Shown one piece after another: positions 9,339-20,262 of a stretch of DNA of 64,000 bases. Source of the stretch: Candidatus Avilachnospira sp. (GTDB taxonomy: Bacteria; Bacillota; Clostridia; Oscillospirales; Oscillospiraceae); NCBI GenBank assembly GCA_045589035.1, contig JAZNFJ010000083.1, positions 6,551 to 70,550 of the forward strand, given 5' to 3'. Positions within the stretch are counted from its first letter, which is position 1. The number at the start of each line of letters is the position of its first letter. The position numbers and the translations under genes are program-made. The notes under the pieces are model-generated. The model had not been told where the DNA came from. It saw nothing but the letters and a program-made list of their open reading frames with translations, and did not search any database.

Positions 9339-10382
9339 TCAGAACGACAGCTGCTCGCCTTCCTGCTTAGGCGCCTCCAAATGAAGATGATCGTATGCCA
9401 GTTTGGTCACGCATCTACCTCTGGGCGTGCGTGTCAGAAAGCCAATCTGCATCAGGTAAGGCTCATAGACATCCTCCAATGTCACAGCCTCTTCTCCAAT
9501 GGTGGCAGCCAGAGTTTCCAGACCAACCGGACCTCCCCGATAGTTCTGAATGATTGAAGTCAGCATTCTGCGATCCGTAGCATCCAGACCCAGATAGTCA
9601 ACTTCCAGGCAACTCAGCGCATGGTCAGCAGCTTCACGGGTAATGACACCGTCATGGTACACCTGTGCAAAATCGCGCACCCGTCGCAGCATACGGTTGG
9701 CAATACGAGGCGTTCCTCTGGAACGGGATGCAATTTCCAGTGCACCTTCCGGTGCAATCTCAATACCGAGCAGTGCGGCAGATCTTGTAACAATGGCAGC
9801 CAGCTCTTCTTTTGTATAGAGTTCCAAACGAAGAGATACACCGAATCGATCCCGTAAGGGGCTGGACAGCTGTCCGGCACGAGTAGTGGCACCAATGAGC
9901 GTAAACTTTGGCAGATCCAGGCGGATGGAGTTAGCGGAAGGTCCTTTGCCGACAATAATATCGATGGCATAGTCTTCCATTGCGGGATACAAAATCTCTT
10001 CCACCGCCCGATTCAAACGATGAATCTCATCAATGAACAGGACATCCCCGGCATTGAGATTGGTCAACAGTGCTGCTAAATCCCCCGCTTTTTCAATGGC
10101 AGGACCGGAAGTGATACGAATATTGACCCCCATTTCGTTGGCAATGACACCTGCGAGGGTAGTTTTGCCCAGACCGGGAGGGCCGTAGAGCAGCACATGA
10201 TCCAGTGACTCATTTCTTCTCTTTGCTGCCTCAATATAGACGGATAAGTTACCCTTCGCCTTTTCCTGACCGGTATAATCCGCCAGCACTTTAGGGCGCA
10301 GAGAAATCTCACCGTCATCCATGGTCGTCAGGGATGTCGTTACAAAAGGAGCATCGAACTCCTGAGAAAAATCAAGACTCAT
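9339..10382 (-). CDS. ruvB: Holliday junction branch migration helicase RuvB
   Basis: ...[14 protein letters not shown]...[14 protein letters not shown]...DEIHRL... Confidence 0.97.
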   Translation of the reverse strand: MSLDFSQEFDAPFVTTSLTTMDDGEISLRPKVLADYTGQEKAKGNLSVYIEAAKRRNESLDHVLLYGPPGLGKTTLAGVIANEMGVNIRITSGPAIEKAGDLAALLTNLNAGDVLFIDEIHRLNRAVEEILYPAMEDYAIDIIVGKGPSANSIRLDLPKFTLIGATTRAGQLSSPLRDRFGVSLRLELYTKEELAAIVTRSAALLGIEIAPEGALEIASRSRGTPRIANRMLRRVRDFAQVYHDGVITREAADHALSCLEVDYLGLDATDRRMLTSIIQNYRGGPVGLETLAATIGEEAVTLEDVYEPYLMQIGFLTRTPRGRCVTKLAYDHLHLEAPKQEGEQLSF

Positions 10383-10391
10383 ACTTCCTCC

Positions 10392-11003
10392 TTATTGCAT
10401 CACCATGGCACGCAGACCGTGACGGACGATATCCTCTACAGACATATTTTCTGTATCCAAACCCTTCAGTGCGCGACTGATCTCACTCTGGGAATAGCCC
10501 AGGGATGCCAGCGCAGCAGATGCCTCAGACACCTTGTTTCCTGCTGCGACAGGAACAGCTGCAGCCATCCCCTCACCTGCACTTTGCTGCAAATCACCGG
10601 AATGCTTATCTTTCAGCTCCAGAATGATCCGCTGCGCCATCTTTTTACCAACACCCTGAGCCATAGTCAGAGATTTTTCATCTCCTGTCATAACCGCAAG
10701 GGTAAACTGAGACGGCGTCAGCACCGACAGGATTGCAAGTCCGGCTTTGGGACCCACCCCGGAAACACCAATCAATTTCTCGAAACAGTCCAACTCTTCT
10801 TTCGTGGAAAAGCCGAAAATATCAAACGCGTCTTCGCGGACATTGCAGTAAGTAAACAATTTATGCTGCTTTCCGATCTGCAGCTGAGAAAGGGTATATC
10901 CCGTGGTGTTGCAGGCAAAGCCGACACCACCGCAGTCTACAACAGCCAGATTGGCTTCTATAACAGTTACAATTCCATTGAGATAATAAAACATCAAACT
11001 CAC
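10392..11003 (-). CDS. ruvA: Holliday junction DNA-binding protein RuvA
   Basis: MFYYLNGIVTVIEANLAVVDCGGVGF..., LIGVSGVGPKAGLAILS (HhH). Confidence 0.95.
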   Translation of the reverse strand: MSLMFYYLNGIVTVIEANLAVVDCGGVGFACNTTGYTLSQLQIGKQHKLFTYCNVREDAFDIFGFSTKEELDCFEKLIGVSGVGPKAGLAILSVLTPSQFTLAVMTGDEKSLTMAQGVGKKMAQRIILELKDKHSGDLQQSAGEGMAAAVPVAAGNKVSEASAALASLGYSQSEISRALKGLDTENMSVEDIVRHGLRAMVMQ

Positions 11004-11500
11004 TCTTTCTTATCCAAGCCATACAGAAGGCTTGTAGCAGATCTTGCATGACAAAGGGCAACTGCAATGGCATCAGCCGCATCATCAGGACGGGGTATTT
11101 TCTCCAGATGCAAAAGCCGTTTGGTCATATCCATCACCTGCAGCTTGGTTGCATTGCCATAGCCGACCACAGACTGTTTGATCTGCATAGGGGTATATTC
11201 AGCGATGGGAATGCCATGGCGGACAGCAGAAAGCAAGATCACTCCCCTGCCGTGAGAAACACCAATGCCCGTTGTCACATTATGCCCCCAGAACAGTTCC
11301 TCCACTGCCATCACATCCGGCTTCATAGCATCAAAAAGCCGTGTCATATCCTCAAAAATCACATTTAAGCGTTCCGGAAACGACAGATCCGGAGGTGTGG
11401 AGATCACGCCATATTGCAGCAGGCGAAGACTACCACGCTGTGCATCCACCACACCAAAGCCGATGGTGGCATACCCGGGATCAATACCTAAAATTCGCAT
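11000..11500 (-). CDS. ruvC: Crossover junction endodeoxyribonuclease RuvC
   Basis: MRILGIDPGYATIGFGVV..., VEELF, and DAADAIAVALCH near the C-terminus. Confidence 0.95.
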   Translation of the reverse strand: MRILGIDPGYATIGFGVVDAQRGSLRLLQYGVISTPPDLSFPERLNVIFEDMTRLFDAMKPDVMAVEELFWGHNVTTGIGVSHGRGVILLSAVRHGIPIAEYTPMQIKQSVVGYGNATKLQVMDMTKRLLHLEKIPRPDDAADAIAVALCHARSATSLLYGLDKKE

Positions 11501-11507
11501 AAAAACC

Positions 11508-12071
11508 TCAGAGTTTCAATACAATTCCAAAAACGGCACCGATGGCAAGAAATACCACAGGATGCAGCTTCTTCAACTTAAAACAGCCAAAGAGCAAAAC
11601 AGCAAACAGAATGACACTGACAGGTTGTATCATTCCGATCCAATTCAACGCTCTGACTGCATCCATATCCAACAAAACCGACTGCAGAACACCGACAACA
11701 GCTGCCGCAACCATACCGACGGATGCAGGGCGAATGGTATCCATTGCCCCCTGTACATACCGATTTTCACGGAAGCGGGACATGATCTTGCTTACTGCCA
11801 AAATTACCAGATAAGACGGCAGAATCAATGCAAATGTCGCGGCAATTCCACCGAGAATTCCGGCTGTATTATTGCCCGCATAGGTAGCCATATTGACACC
11901 GATTGGACCGGGGGTGGACTCAGAGACCGCCAGCATATTCGCCAGTTCTTCCTGGGTAAACCAACCGTATTTTTCACCCATTTGGCTCAGAAACGGCAGC
12001 GTTGCCAGACCGCCTCCAATGGAAAACAAACCAGTCTTCAAAAATTCATAGACCAAAAGCAGGTATTTCAT
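11508..12071 (-). CDS. chrA: Chromate transporter family protein (second half-size subunit)
   Basis: Multi-TM; FLKTGLFSIGGGLATLPFL and GPIGVNMATYAG, typical of CHR half-proteins. ATGA overlap with the upstream half. Confidence 0.85.
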   Translation of the reverse strand: MKYLLLVYEFLKTGLFSIGGGLATLPFLSQMGEKYGWFTQEELANMLAVSESTPGPIGVNMATYAGNNTAGILGGIAATFALILPSYLVILAVSKIMSRFRENRYVQGAMDTIRPASVGMVAAAVVGVLQSVLLDMDAVRALNWIGMIQPVSVILFAVLLFGCFKLKKLHPVVFLAIGAVFGIVLKL

Positions 12072-12610
12072 TTCTTACCTGCCCCCTTCCATGTGCGGAG
12101 GATGCCCAACAGCAGAGCCCCCAGAACGACCCACACCGGCGACAAATCCAGCAGCACAACCAACAGCAGCGAAGCAGCAAAGATGCCGTTTCCAAGTGCA
12201 CCTTTCACGCCTTTACGATATAGCTTCCAGACAGAGGAAACAATCAGAGCAGCCACAGCAATACGTATACCCGCAAAGGCATTCTGGACAATGGTATACT
12301 CCGAAAAACTGCGGAGCACTGTGCTGATCAGCGTAATGATGATCAGGGAAGGCAGGACCACCGCAACCGTTGCTGCAGCACCGCCAAGGGCACCGGCCAG
12401 CTTCGTACCGACAAAGGTTGCCGTATTGACAGCAATGACTCCGGGGGTACACTGCCCTATGGCATAGTAATCCAGAATTTCCTCTTCCGAGACCCAACCG
12501 TGGTGTTCCTGCACTTCCCGCTGCAGCATCGGCAGCATGGCATAACCACCGCCAAAGGTAAACAGTCCAATTTTAAAGAAAGCTGAGAATAATTGAAGGA
12601 AAACCCGCAT
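12068..12610 (-). CDS. chrA: Chromate transporter family protein (first half-size subunit)
   Basis: MRVFLQLFSAFFKIGLFTFGGGYAMLPML..., TPGVIAVNTATFVG. ATG 12610 follows the stop of the small upstream ORF (TAATATG). Confidence 0.85.
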   Translation of the reverse strand: MRVFLQLFSAFFKIGLFTFGGGYAMLPMLQREVQEHHGWVSEEEILDYYAIGQCTPGVIAVNTATFVGTKLAGALGGAAATVAVVLPSLIIITLISTVLRSFSEYTIVQNAFAGIRIAVAALIVSSVWKLYRKGVKGALGNGIFAASLLLVVLLDLSPVWVVLGALLLGILRTWKGAGKK

Positions 12611-12611
12611 A

Positions 12612-12791
12612 TTACGCCCTTCCATAATTGATCATCCAATAGCAGGTACCAAGAAACGCAAAGAGCACAATCGCAATCAGAGCCCAGGCCAGTACTAAAT
12701 GGCCCTTGGGTCTGGGGGTATACTTCGGCTTTTCTTCCATCTGCTGATTTTCTGCACTGAGATGCTCCAAATTCTCCGGTGAATGTTCCAT
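12612..12791 (-). CDS. Small (59 aa) single-TM membrane protein, unknown function
   Basis: Own translation: MEHSPENLEHLSAENQQMEEKPKYTPRPKGHLVLAWALIAIVLFAFLGTCYWMINYGRA. Below the ORF-track length cutoff. Its stop abuts the chrA start. Confidence 0.5.
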   Translation of the reverse strand: MEHSPENLEHLSAENQQMEEKPKYTPRPKGHLVLAWALIAIVLFAFLGTCYWMINYGRA

Positions 12792-12918
12792 AATTTCAAC
12801 CCTTTCAAATGATTGAAGATATTATATCATAAATCTCCCTGCTTTTACAGTTCAATTTTCCTGCGTATGTTCACATTTAATTGGGGAATACTGTAAAGAA
12901 AGAACGGAGGTATGGACT

Positions 12919-13596
12919 TTGCTGGTAGGATTAATCCGCTCATTTTTCCTGTATTTGATTTTGATTATTGTGATCCGGCTGATGGGAAAACGGCAGCTGG
13001 GACAAATGGAAGCTTCTGAATTCGTCGTAACCATGCTTGTAGCTGATCTGGCGGCTGTGCCAATGCAGGATCTGGGCATTCCCCTGCTTTCCGGTCTGCT
13101 TCCTATTTTGACTGTGTTATTCATGGAGCTGACATTGTCAGCTATGTCATACTACTCCATTACCGTCCGAAAATTGTTCTGCGGCAGACCTGTGATCCTG
13201 ATGGAAAACGGAAAAATACTACAGGAAAATCTGAAAAAGACCAGAATTAACCCAGACGAATTAACCGAACTGCTCCGAGAACAGAATATTCTGGATCTGA
13301 CTACGGTGAAATATGCAATTCTGGAAGCCAACGGCCAGCTAAGTGCATTGTTGAATGCCGAAGACCAGCCCTTATCACCCAAAGATATGGGAATCCAAAT
13401 GCAGGAAATTGTACTGCCCATCACCATTATCAGCGGCGGAAAGCTTCTTCGGGAAAACCTTAAAATTTCCGGCAGAGATGAAGCATGGCTGCAGAAGACC
13501 TTGGCAAAACACAGCTGTGCTCTAGAAAATGTATATCTTTTAACCGTTGAACCGTCAGGCAAAATCTACATTTCGATTAAATCGGAGGCGCAATGA
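12919..13596 (+). CDS. DUF421 (YetF-like) membrane protein
   Basis: LIRSFFLYLILIIVIRLMGKRQLGQMEASEFVVTMLVADLAA... TTG start 8 nt after GGAGG. Confidence 0.85.
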   Translation: MLVGLIRSFFLYLILIIVIRLMGKRQLGQMEASEFVVTMLVADLAAVPMQDLGIPLLSGLLPILTVLFMELTLSAMSYYSITVRKLFCGRPVILMENGKILQENLKKTRINPDELTELLREQNILDLTTVKYAILEANGQLSALLNAEDQPLSPKDMGIQMQEIVLPITIISGGKLLRENLKISGRDEAWLQKTLAKHSCALENVYLLTVEPSGKIYISIKSEAQ

Positions 13597-13973
13597 AATA
13601 TATTATCGTAAGTCTTGTATCCCTTGTCCTCATCGTTGGCCTATGCATCTTATCCTCTTATTGCATTATAAAGGCAGTTGATGAAACATCACAAATGTTG
13701 GAAGAAGCCGTACTTGCCGGGATTGACGGCCGGAAGGATGAATCGCTGCAGATCATAAAGAATGCATCACAGTCATGGAAAAGACACGAAACATTCTTCG
13801 GCACAGTCCTCCGCCATGACGAAATTGACAATGTCATCGAGGAATTTGCACGGTTGGAATCCTATGCATCCACAGAAGACCGCGATGATTTTCTCAGCAA
13901 TTGCAGCGCTCTGATTGCTCGGTTAGAACATATCAAGAGCATGGAAAAGCCATCTTTTGAAAACATTATGTAA
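13593..13973 (+). CDS. DUF4363 family protein
   Basis: N-terminal TM, then ...SWKRHETFFGTVLRHDEIDNV...; usual partner of DUF421 in Clostridia. ATGA overlap. Confidence 0.75.
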   Translation: MKYIIVSLVSLVLIVGLCILSSYCIIKAVDETSQMLEEAVLAGIDGRKDESLQIIKNASQSWKRHETFFGTVLRHDEIDNVIEEFARLESYASTEDRDDFLSNCSALIARLEHIKSMEKPSFENIM

Positions 13974-13978
13974 ACAAG

Positions 13979-14002
13979 AAGGTGCTGCGTAAGCAGCACC
14001 TT
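13979..14002. terminator. Hairpin between convergent DUF4363 and nrdR genes
   Basis: AAGGTGCTGC gtaa GCAGCACCTT; flanking T-tracts are modest. Confidence 0.5.
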
Positions 14003-14007
14003 GGTCA

Positions 14008-14463
14008 TTATTTTTCCTTCAGGATTTTATTGAGTTCATTCATAAAGCTATTGATGTCCTTAAATTGACGGTAGACAGATGCGAAACGGACATACGCAAC
14101 TTCATCCAGAGGCTTCAGCCGCTCCATAACCAATTCGCCAATGGAATTGGTGGAAACTTCGCGGTCCAGAGAATTCTGAACAATCTGCTCGATCTCATCA
14201 GCAGCAGCTTCCAGTGCAGCCATAGGCACAGGCCGCTTTTCACAAGCACGAACCATGCCGTTAAGAACCTTGTTCCGATCAAAAGACTGACGGCTCTCGT
14301 CTTTCTTGACGACAATCATCGGCAGACTTTCCACTGTTTCGTAAGTAGTAAGACGCTTCTGGCAGGAAAGACACTCGCGTCTGCGGCGAATGGAGGTGTT
14401 GTCATCGGAATGGCGGGAATCCACAACCTTACTTTCCTGAAATCCACAATATGGACACTTCAT
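14008..14463 (-). CDS. nrdR: Transcriptional repressor NrdR
   Basis: [17 protein letters not shown]...[17 protein letters not shown] (zinc ribbon) plus an ATP-cone. Confidence 0.96.
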   Translation of the reverse strand: MKCPYCGFQESKVVDSRHSDDNTSIRRRRECLSCQKRLTTYETVESLPMIVVKKDESRQSFDRNKVLNGMVRACEKRPVPMAALEAAADEIEQIVQNSLDREVSTNSIGELVMERLKPLDEVAYVRFASVYRQFKDINSFMNELNKILKEK

Positions 14464-14522
14464 AGCTATACTCCTCTCTTTCAGCTAATGCTTGTATACA
14501 CTATATCATAAATTGGGGGCTT

Positions 14523-15401
14523 TTGTCTATATATAGTATGAAAAGGAATTTACAAAAAAGATGGAACCTTCTGAAAAAGCTTTGGCAGCCATTTGTTGAA
14601 AGTAGAGTATCCGGACACGCTGCAGCTGCCAGTTACTACATCCTGCTTTCTCTCCTTCCTGCTTCTGTACTTGGTTTTGCGTTTCTTTCGCTGCAGCCGA
14701 GCCTTGCAGCTGTTTGGACGCGTCTGCTGGATGCGCTTATACCTTCCAGGCTGAAGCCTGTTACCACATACTTTCTTTCGGCTATTCAGCCCAAACGCCC
14801 TGCATCTTTACTCTCATTCGGTGCTGTGGTTACGCTTTGGTCAGCTTCAAAAGGTATTATGGCTCTGTCAGACGGTTTCGGTGAAATTTTCAGTCAGACC
14901 AGGGCGGATGGCTTTATCACCAGAAGACTGCGGGCAATGATAGTATTTTTAATTCTGTTTTTCGTACTGTCCGCAACAGTGGTACTGATCATATTCAGCA
15001 CATGGATCTATGAGCAGCTGAATATTCTGTTGCCCCAAAGCGCCGGGCTGTTAAAGATCCTTTTTAAGATGCGGTACGGCCTGACCTTTTTACTGCTTGC
15101 ACTGATATTTACCGTCTTCTATAAATTACTGCTGAGAAATTCACTGACCATAAATTTCTGCATAAAATGCGGTCTGATTACCGTAGCGGGATGGCTTATC
15201 TCGTCAATTCTGTTCTCGATTTATGTAAACTATTCGCAATCCTACAAAAGCATGTATGGCGGTATTGGGCTTATATTTCTTGGCTGTATTTGGTTGCGGC
15301 TGATGATGTGCTTACTTTTATATAGTGCCATCTATGTAAAATTGCGGCAGGATGAAGCTTATCATCCTGTCGCAATCATAAAAAGTGCATTCTATCATTG
15401 A
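14523..15401 (+). CDS. YihY/BrkB family membrane protein
   Basis: ...SGHAAAASYYILLSLLPA... and six predicted TM segments. Start is uncertain (TTG 14523 or ATG 14538). Confidence 0.8.
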   Translation: MSIYSMKRNLQKRWNLLKKLWQPFVESRVSGHAAAASYYILLSLLPASVLGFAFLSLQPSLAAVWTRLLDALIPSRLKPVTTYFLSAIQPKRPASLLSFGAVVTLWSASKGIMALSDGFGEIFSQTRADGFITRRLRAMIVFLILFFVLSATVVLIIFSTWIYEQLNILLPQSAGLLKILFKMRYGLTFLLLALIFTVFYKLLLRNSLTINFCIKCGLITVAGWLISSILFSIYVNYSQSYKSMYGGIGLIFLGCIWLRLMMCLLLYSAIYVKLRQDEAYHPVAIIKSAFYH

Positions 15402-15413
15402 TGTACGATCCTC

Positions 15414-15440
15414 GTCCTCTCCGGTCTTGCCGGAGAGGAC
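15414..15440. terminator. GC-rich hairpin between convergent genes (no clear U-tract)
   Basis: GTCCTCTCCGG tcttg CCGGAGAGGAC. Confidence 0.35.
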
Positions 15441-15452
15441 CTCTGAACCGCA

Positions 15453-15617
15453 TTACTTGCGGGCAAAAGAAAGGCAATCGGTACACTGGTCCACTGTGGG
15501 ATTGCACTCATGAGTGCCAACCTTGATCTTGTTCAGAGAGCAGTAGTTCTCCAGATCGCAGTGATGTGCACACTGGCTGACAGTGCATTCGATTGCTTTA
15601 TTGGCATTGCTGTTCAT
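15453..15617 (-). CDS. DUF1540 domain protein (54 aa, Cys-rich)
   Basis: Own translation: MNSNANKAIECTVSQCAHHCDLENYCSLNKIKVGTHECNPTVDQCTDCLSFARK. GGGAGG RBS upstream. Below the ORF-track cutoff. Confidence 0.75.
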   Translation of the reverse strand: MNSNANKAIECTVSQCAHHCDLENYCSLNKIKVGTHECNPTVDQCTDCLSFARK

Positions 15618-15697
15618 ACCTTCAACCTCCCTTATTGAGTTACAGCTTTAGTATTGCCGTAATCGAAGGAAACAGTCATGAATCTTATTCCAAAGAA

Positions 15698-15727
15698 AAC
15701 AAAAAGAAGGCGAAAATTCGCCTTCTT
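15698..15727 (-). terminator. Intrinsic terminator after the IclR-family gene
   Basis: GAAGGCG loop CGCCTTC, followed on the minus strand by TTTTTGTTTT. Confidence 0.75.
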
Positions 15728-16480
15728 TTATAATGCTTTGGAAATTTTTTCAGCTGTTTCACGAACAATCTGAACAGCATCGATAAAGCGTTTGGTTTCG
15801 ATCTGACGGAACATTCCTATGATGCCGATGGCATAGCGAACATTTCCATCCGGATCAAAAATCGGGGCAGCAACAGACCGAAGGCCGACTTTATATTCAC
15901 CGTTTTCAATGGCATAGCCCTGTTCTTTAATCTTATCAAACTCTGCCCGCAGCTGAGCCTTTGTCGTGATCGTATGCTGGGTGTAAGGACAAAGCTCTGT
16001 ACGACTCAGCAGTTGCTCCCGGTCATGTTCAGACATATAGGCAAGGAATAATTTACCTTGCGAGGTGCAGTGAACAGGCAGCCGGCATCCCATCTCTGCA
16101 GACATGGGCAAACCGATTCTATTTTCAGCCCGATCCAGTGTAATAACCTCTCCCCTGTCCAGAATGGACAGAAATACAGCTTCACCGGTGTGATAAGACA
16201 CATGCTGAATAAAAGGTTTTGCCGTTTCAATAATGGTCCAGGAATTACTGAGCGTACAACCATACTCAAACAGACGAATGCCCAGCATATATCGCCCTTC
16301 TTCATCCTGCGCCACAACAGACGAATCGCGCATGGTAGACAGCAATCCATGAATGGTGCTCTTTGGCCATCCCGTTTGCGAACTCAATTCCGCAAGACTC
16401 AACGGCACGGAAGTCGCGGCCAGAATATCAAGCAGTTTCATTGCTTTGGCAACGGATTGAATAATCTTACCTTCCTGCAT
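15728..16480 (-). CDS. IclR family transcriptional regulator
   Basis: N-terminal wHTH (SVAKAMKLLDILA...SLAELSSQTGWPKSTIHGLLSTM) plus an IclR effector domain. Confidence 0.9.
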   Translation of the reverse strand: MQEGKIIQSVAKAMKLLDILAATSVPLSLAELSSQTGWPKSTIHGLLSTMRDSSVVAQDEEGRYMLGIRLFEYGCTLSNSWTIIETAKPFIQHVSYHTGEAVFLSILDRGEVITLDRAENRIGLPMSAEMGCRLPVHCTSQGKLFLAYMSEHDREQLLSRTELCPYTQHTITTKAQLRAEFDKIKEQGYAIENGEYKVGLRSVAAPIFDPDGNVRYAIGIIGMFRQIETKRFIDAVQIVRETAEKISKAL

Positions 16481-16562
16481 CGGTCTACCCCCTTTTTCTG
16501 TATTTTATCATCACAAACTACAAAATTCAACAACGAACAGCAACTTTTTAAGTTTTTTCGAA

Positions 16563-18362
16563 TCAGAATATACAACAAACCAATCGACAAAGCAGAATGC
16601 CAATCACAGTCGGCAGTAGCATGGCAGTCAAAGTCCATTTCCATGAGCCGCATTCTTTTCTGATTGTCATACATGTCGTTCCGCACGGCCAATGAAACAG
16701 CAAGAATATCATAACACAGACAGCTGTCTTTGCCGTCCAGCCGCCAGCTGTCAGTATATCCCCGGTGGCCGCTGAAGTGAGTTCCTGCATACCACCGCCC
16801 TGCATAATCATGATTGTCAGAGGCAACAGCAATTCATTGGCAGGAAAGGCCAGTACAAAAGCCAGCAGTACCGCTCCATTCATTCCAAGAAAACTTCCAA
16901 AAGGCGTCAGCTTTTCAGCAAGAAAATACAATAACGGAGTACCACATATCTCAACTTTCTGTAAGATCCAGATAACCACACCAGCCGGTGCTGCAACAGC
17001 AACCGCTCTGCCAAGTACGAAAATCGTCCGATCCAGAATCGACCGAATAATGATCTTCCCAATTCTTGGCTTTCTGTAGGGAGGCAGTTCCAATATAAAA
17101 TGACTTTCCTGTCCGGACAACAGCGTTCTTTGCAGGATTGATGAAGAAACGAAAGTCATTCCCACAGCCAGACTTAAAAAACCCAGTAAGATTACAGCAC
17201 CAATGACAGAATGCTTACACAGAAACAGACTGATCAAGGTAATCATAGCCGGGAATCTGCCGTTACAAGGTATCATCGCATTAGTTAAAATCGCAAGAAG
17301 CCGCTCTTTGGGAGAAGAGATAATCCTGCAGCCTGCAACACCTACGGCATTACAGCCCAGTCCCATGGCCATGGTAAGCACCTGTTTTCCACACCCGCCG
17401 CATTTTTGAAAACTGTGGTCCATCAAAAATGCCGCTCGCGGCAGATAGCCGAAATCCTCCAGAATGGTAAACAAAGGAAAGAATATTGCCATAGGCGGCA
17501 GCATCACTGCAACGACCCTTGTGACAGTGGCATAAATACCGTCAATTATCAGACTGCCCAGCCAGGTCGGAAGTGCTCTGCACAGACGCTGCAAAACAAC
17601 TGCCAGATTGTCAAATAAAGACTGAAGCAACTGTGACGGATAGTTCGCCCCCTGAATGGTGAGCCAAAAGATCAGAAACAGCAGCAAAAACAGCGATAGA
17701 TAGCCGGAGAATTTGCCCAGAGCAAAGTGATCTAACTTCTGACTGTGTGGCTGATTGCCGCCACATACCACCAGCGAAGCGATCTCCTCCACACTTTTGA
17801 TCGAACTATCATCTCCATTTGATCTGCGGTGTGTAAATCCGGATACTACATTTCGCACTTTCTCGCGAAGCTGATCAATCCCCTGCCCCAAGCCTGCGGA
17901 AATTCCCACCACCGGGATGCCCAAAAGACATTCCAACTTGGAAAGATCTACAGAAATATTTCTGCGGTCAGCTTCATCTAACAGGTTCACACAGAGCACA
18001 ACACGGTCTGTAATCTCCATAACCTGCAGAGCCAAATTCAAATTTCGTTCCAGACAGGTCGCATCTGCCAATACAAGCGTGCAGTCTGCCTGCCCTGTAG
18101 TTATATAGTCCACAGCAATACGTTCATCTTCCGACTGAGAATACAGGGAATATGTACCGGGAAGATCTACAAGGATATATCCTTTGCCTTTATAGCTGTA
18201 TCTGCCCTGAGCAACAGAAACTGTCTTTCCGGGCCAATTTCCCGTATGCTGATTAAGACCCGTCAGCAAATTAAACAGTGTGCTCTTTCCCACATTAGGA
18301 TTTCCAACCAAGGCAATAATCACATCCTCCGGCTCTTTCTTGTGTACGATATACTCAGCCAC
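16563..18362 (-). CDS. feoB: Ferrous iron transporter FeoB
   Basis: G-domain IALVGNPNVGKSTLFN..DLPGTYSL followed by a polytopic membrane domain. Confidence 0.95.
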   Translation of the reverse strand: MAEYIVHKKEPEDVIIALVGNPNVGKSTLFNLLTGLNQHTGNWPGKTVSVAQGRYSYKGKGYILVDLPGTYSLYSQSEDERIAVDYITTGQADCTLVLADATCLERNLNLALQVMEITDRVVLCVNLLDEADRRNISVDLSKLECLLGIPVVGISAGLGQGIDQLREKVRNVVSGFTHRRSNGDDSSIKSVEEIASLVVCGGNQPHSQKLDHFALGKFSGYLSLFLLLFLIFWLTIQGANYPSQLLQSLFDNLAVVLQRLCRALPTWLGSLIIDGIYATVTRVVAVMLPPMAIFFPLFTILEDFGYLPRAAFLMDHSFQKCGGCGKQVLTMAMGLGCNAVGVAGCRIISSPKERLLAILTNAMIPCNGRFPAMITLISLFLCKHSVIGAVILLGFLSLAVGMTFVSSSILQRTLLSGQESHFILELPPYRKPRIGKIIIRSILDRTIFVLGRAVAVAAPAGVVIWILQKVEICGTPLLYFLAEKLTPFGSFLGMNGAVLLAFVLAFPANELLLPLTIMIMQGGGMQELTSAATGDILTAGGWTAKTAVCVMIFLLFHWPCGTTCMTIRKECGSWKWTLTAMLLPTVIGILLCRLVCCIF

Positions 18363-18597
18363 AGCAGTATATGCCTCTTATCTGCGCACAATCTTCACGG
18401 CGAAGCGCAATTAATGCACCTTTCACCCAGAAAGCAATGGGAGATCCGGATGGTGCGATGTAGGCACAAACAACATCGTTCCCGGGACACAGACCAAGAT
18501 CCCGCAGCCGCTGTCTGAGCCCTGCCTGCAAAGTGACCGACTGCACAACGCAGGTTTCTCCCTGCTTTAATTCAGAAAGTTTCGTTATATTATTCAT
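18355..18597 (-). CDS. feoA: FeoA family protein
   Basis: 80 aa; LSELKQGETCVVQSV..., RLRDLGLCPG. 8-nt overlap with feoB. Confidence 0.85.
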   Translation of the reverse strand: MNNITKLSELKQGETCVVQSVTLQAGLRQRLRDLGLCPGNDVVCAYIAPSGSPIAFWVKGALIALRREDCAQIRGIYCCG

Positions 18598-18654
18598 GAA
18601 GCAGACTCCTTTCGCAGCATTCTGTCTATCCTATGAAAGAAGTCCGGAATATGA

Positions 18655-18687
18655 TAAAAAATCGCCGCCTTTCGGCAGCGATTTTTG
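18655..18687 (-). terminator. Intrinsic terminator after yajC
   Basis: ATCGCCGCC tttc GGCAGCGAT with flanking A/T runs. Confidence 0.7.
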
Positions 18688-18691
18688 AGTT

Positions 18692-19054
18692 TTATTTCTT
18701 TGCCTTCTTGGCAGCTTTTCTGGCAGCCAGAGCCTCTTCCTTAGCCTTGGCAGCAGCCTTAGCAGCGGTGTTGTTGGTGGAAATAGCCCACTTGGCAAAT
18801 TCCACACGAACCTTGTCAGCGCTGGTTTCAATGACCAGATTGTCTTCCTTGATGCTCACGATATCGCCAACGATACCGCCGATGGTGGTGATATTATCGC
18901 CGACCTTCAGGGCGTTGCGCATTTCAGCAGCTTCCTTCTTCTTCTTGTTTTCGGGGCGAATGAGGAAGAAGTAGAACACAACGATCATGATAAGCATCAT
19001 GGGGAGAATGCTCATTGCGCCGCCTTCAGCACCAGTAGTTGCAGTTAAAAACAT
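18692..19054 (-). CDS. yajC: Preprotein translocase subunit YajC (with Lys/Ala-rich C-terminal tail)
   Basis: ...ILPMMLIMIVVFYFFLIRPENKKKKE..ALKVGDNITTIGGIVGDIVSI... Confidence 0.9.
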   Translation of the reverse strand: MFLTATTGAEGGAMSILPMMLIMIVVFYFFLIRPENKKKKEAAEMRNALKVGDNITTIGGIVGDIVSIKEDNLVIETSADKVRVEFAKWAISTNNTAAKAAAKAKEEALAARKAAKKAKK

Positions 19055-19119
19055 AGCATAGCCTCCATAAGTATAGTATTGATATTATAGCCACATCGTC
19101 ACATAAATGCAAGCAAAAA

Positions 19120-20262
<1,143 letters not shown>

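Noticed and set aside
11265-12467. 400-aa plus-strand ORF antisense to ruvC and the chrA pair
   Set aside because: It crosses three minus-strand genes with clear identities. Its composition is Arg/Ser/Thr/Pro-rich nonsense.
14484-14500. NrdR-box-like sequence ACACTATATCAT upstream of nrdR
   Set aside because: Only the left half matches the 16-bp NrdR palindrome as I recall it. There is no tandem second box. It is more simply part of the AT-rich promoter region.
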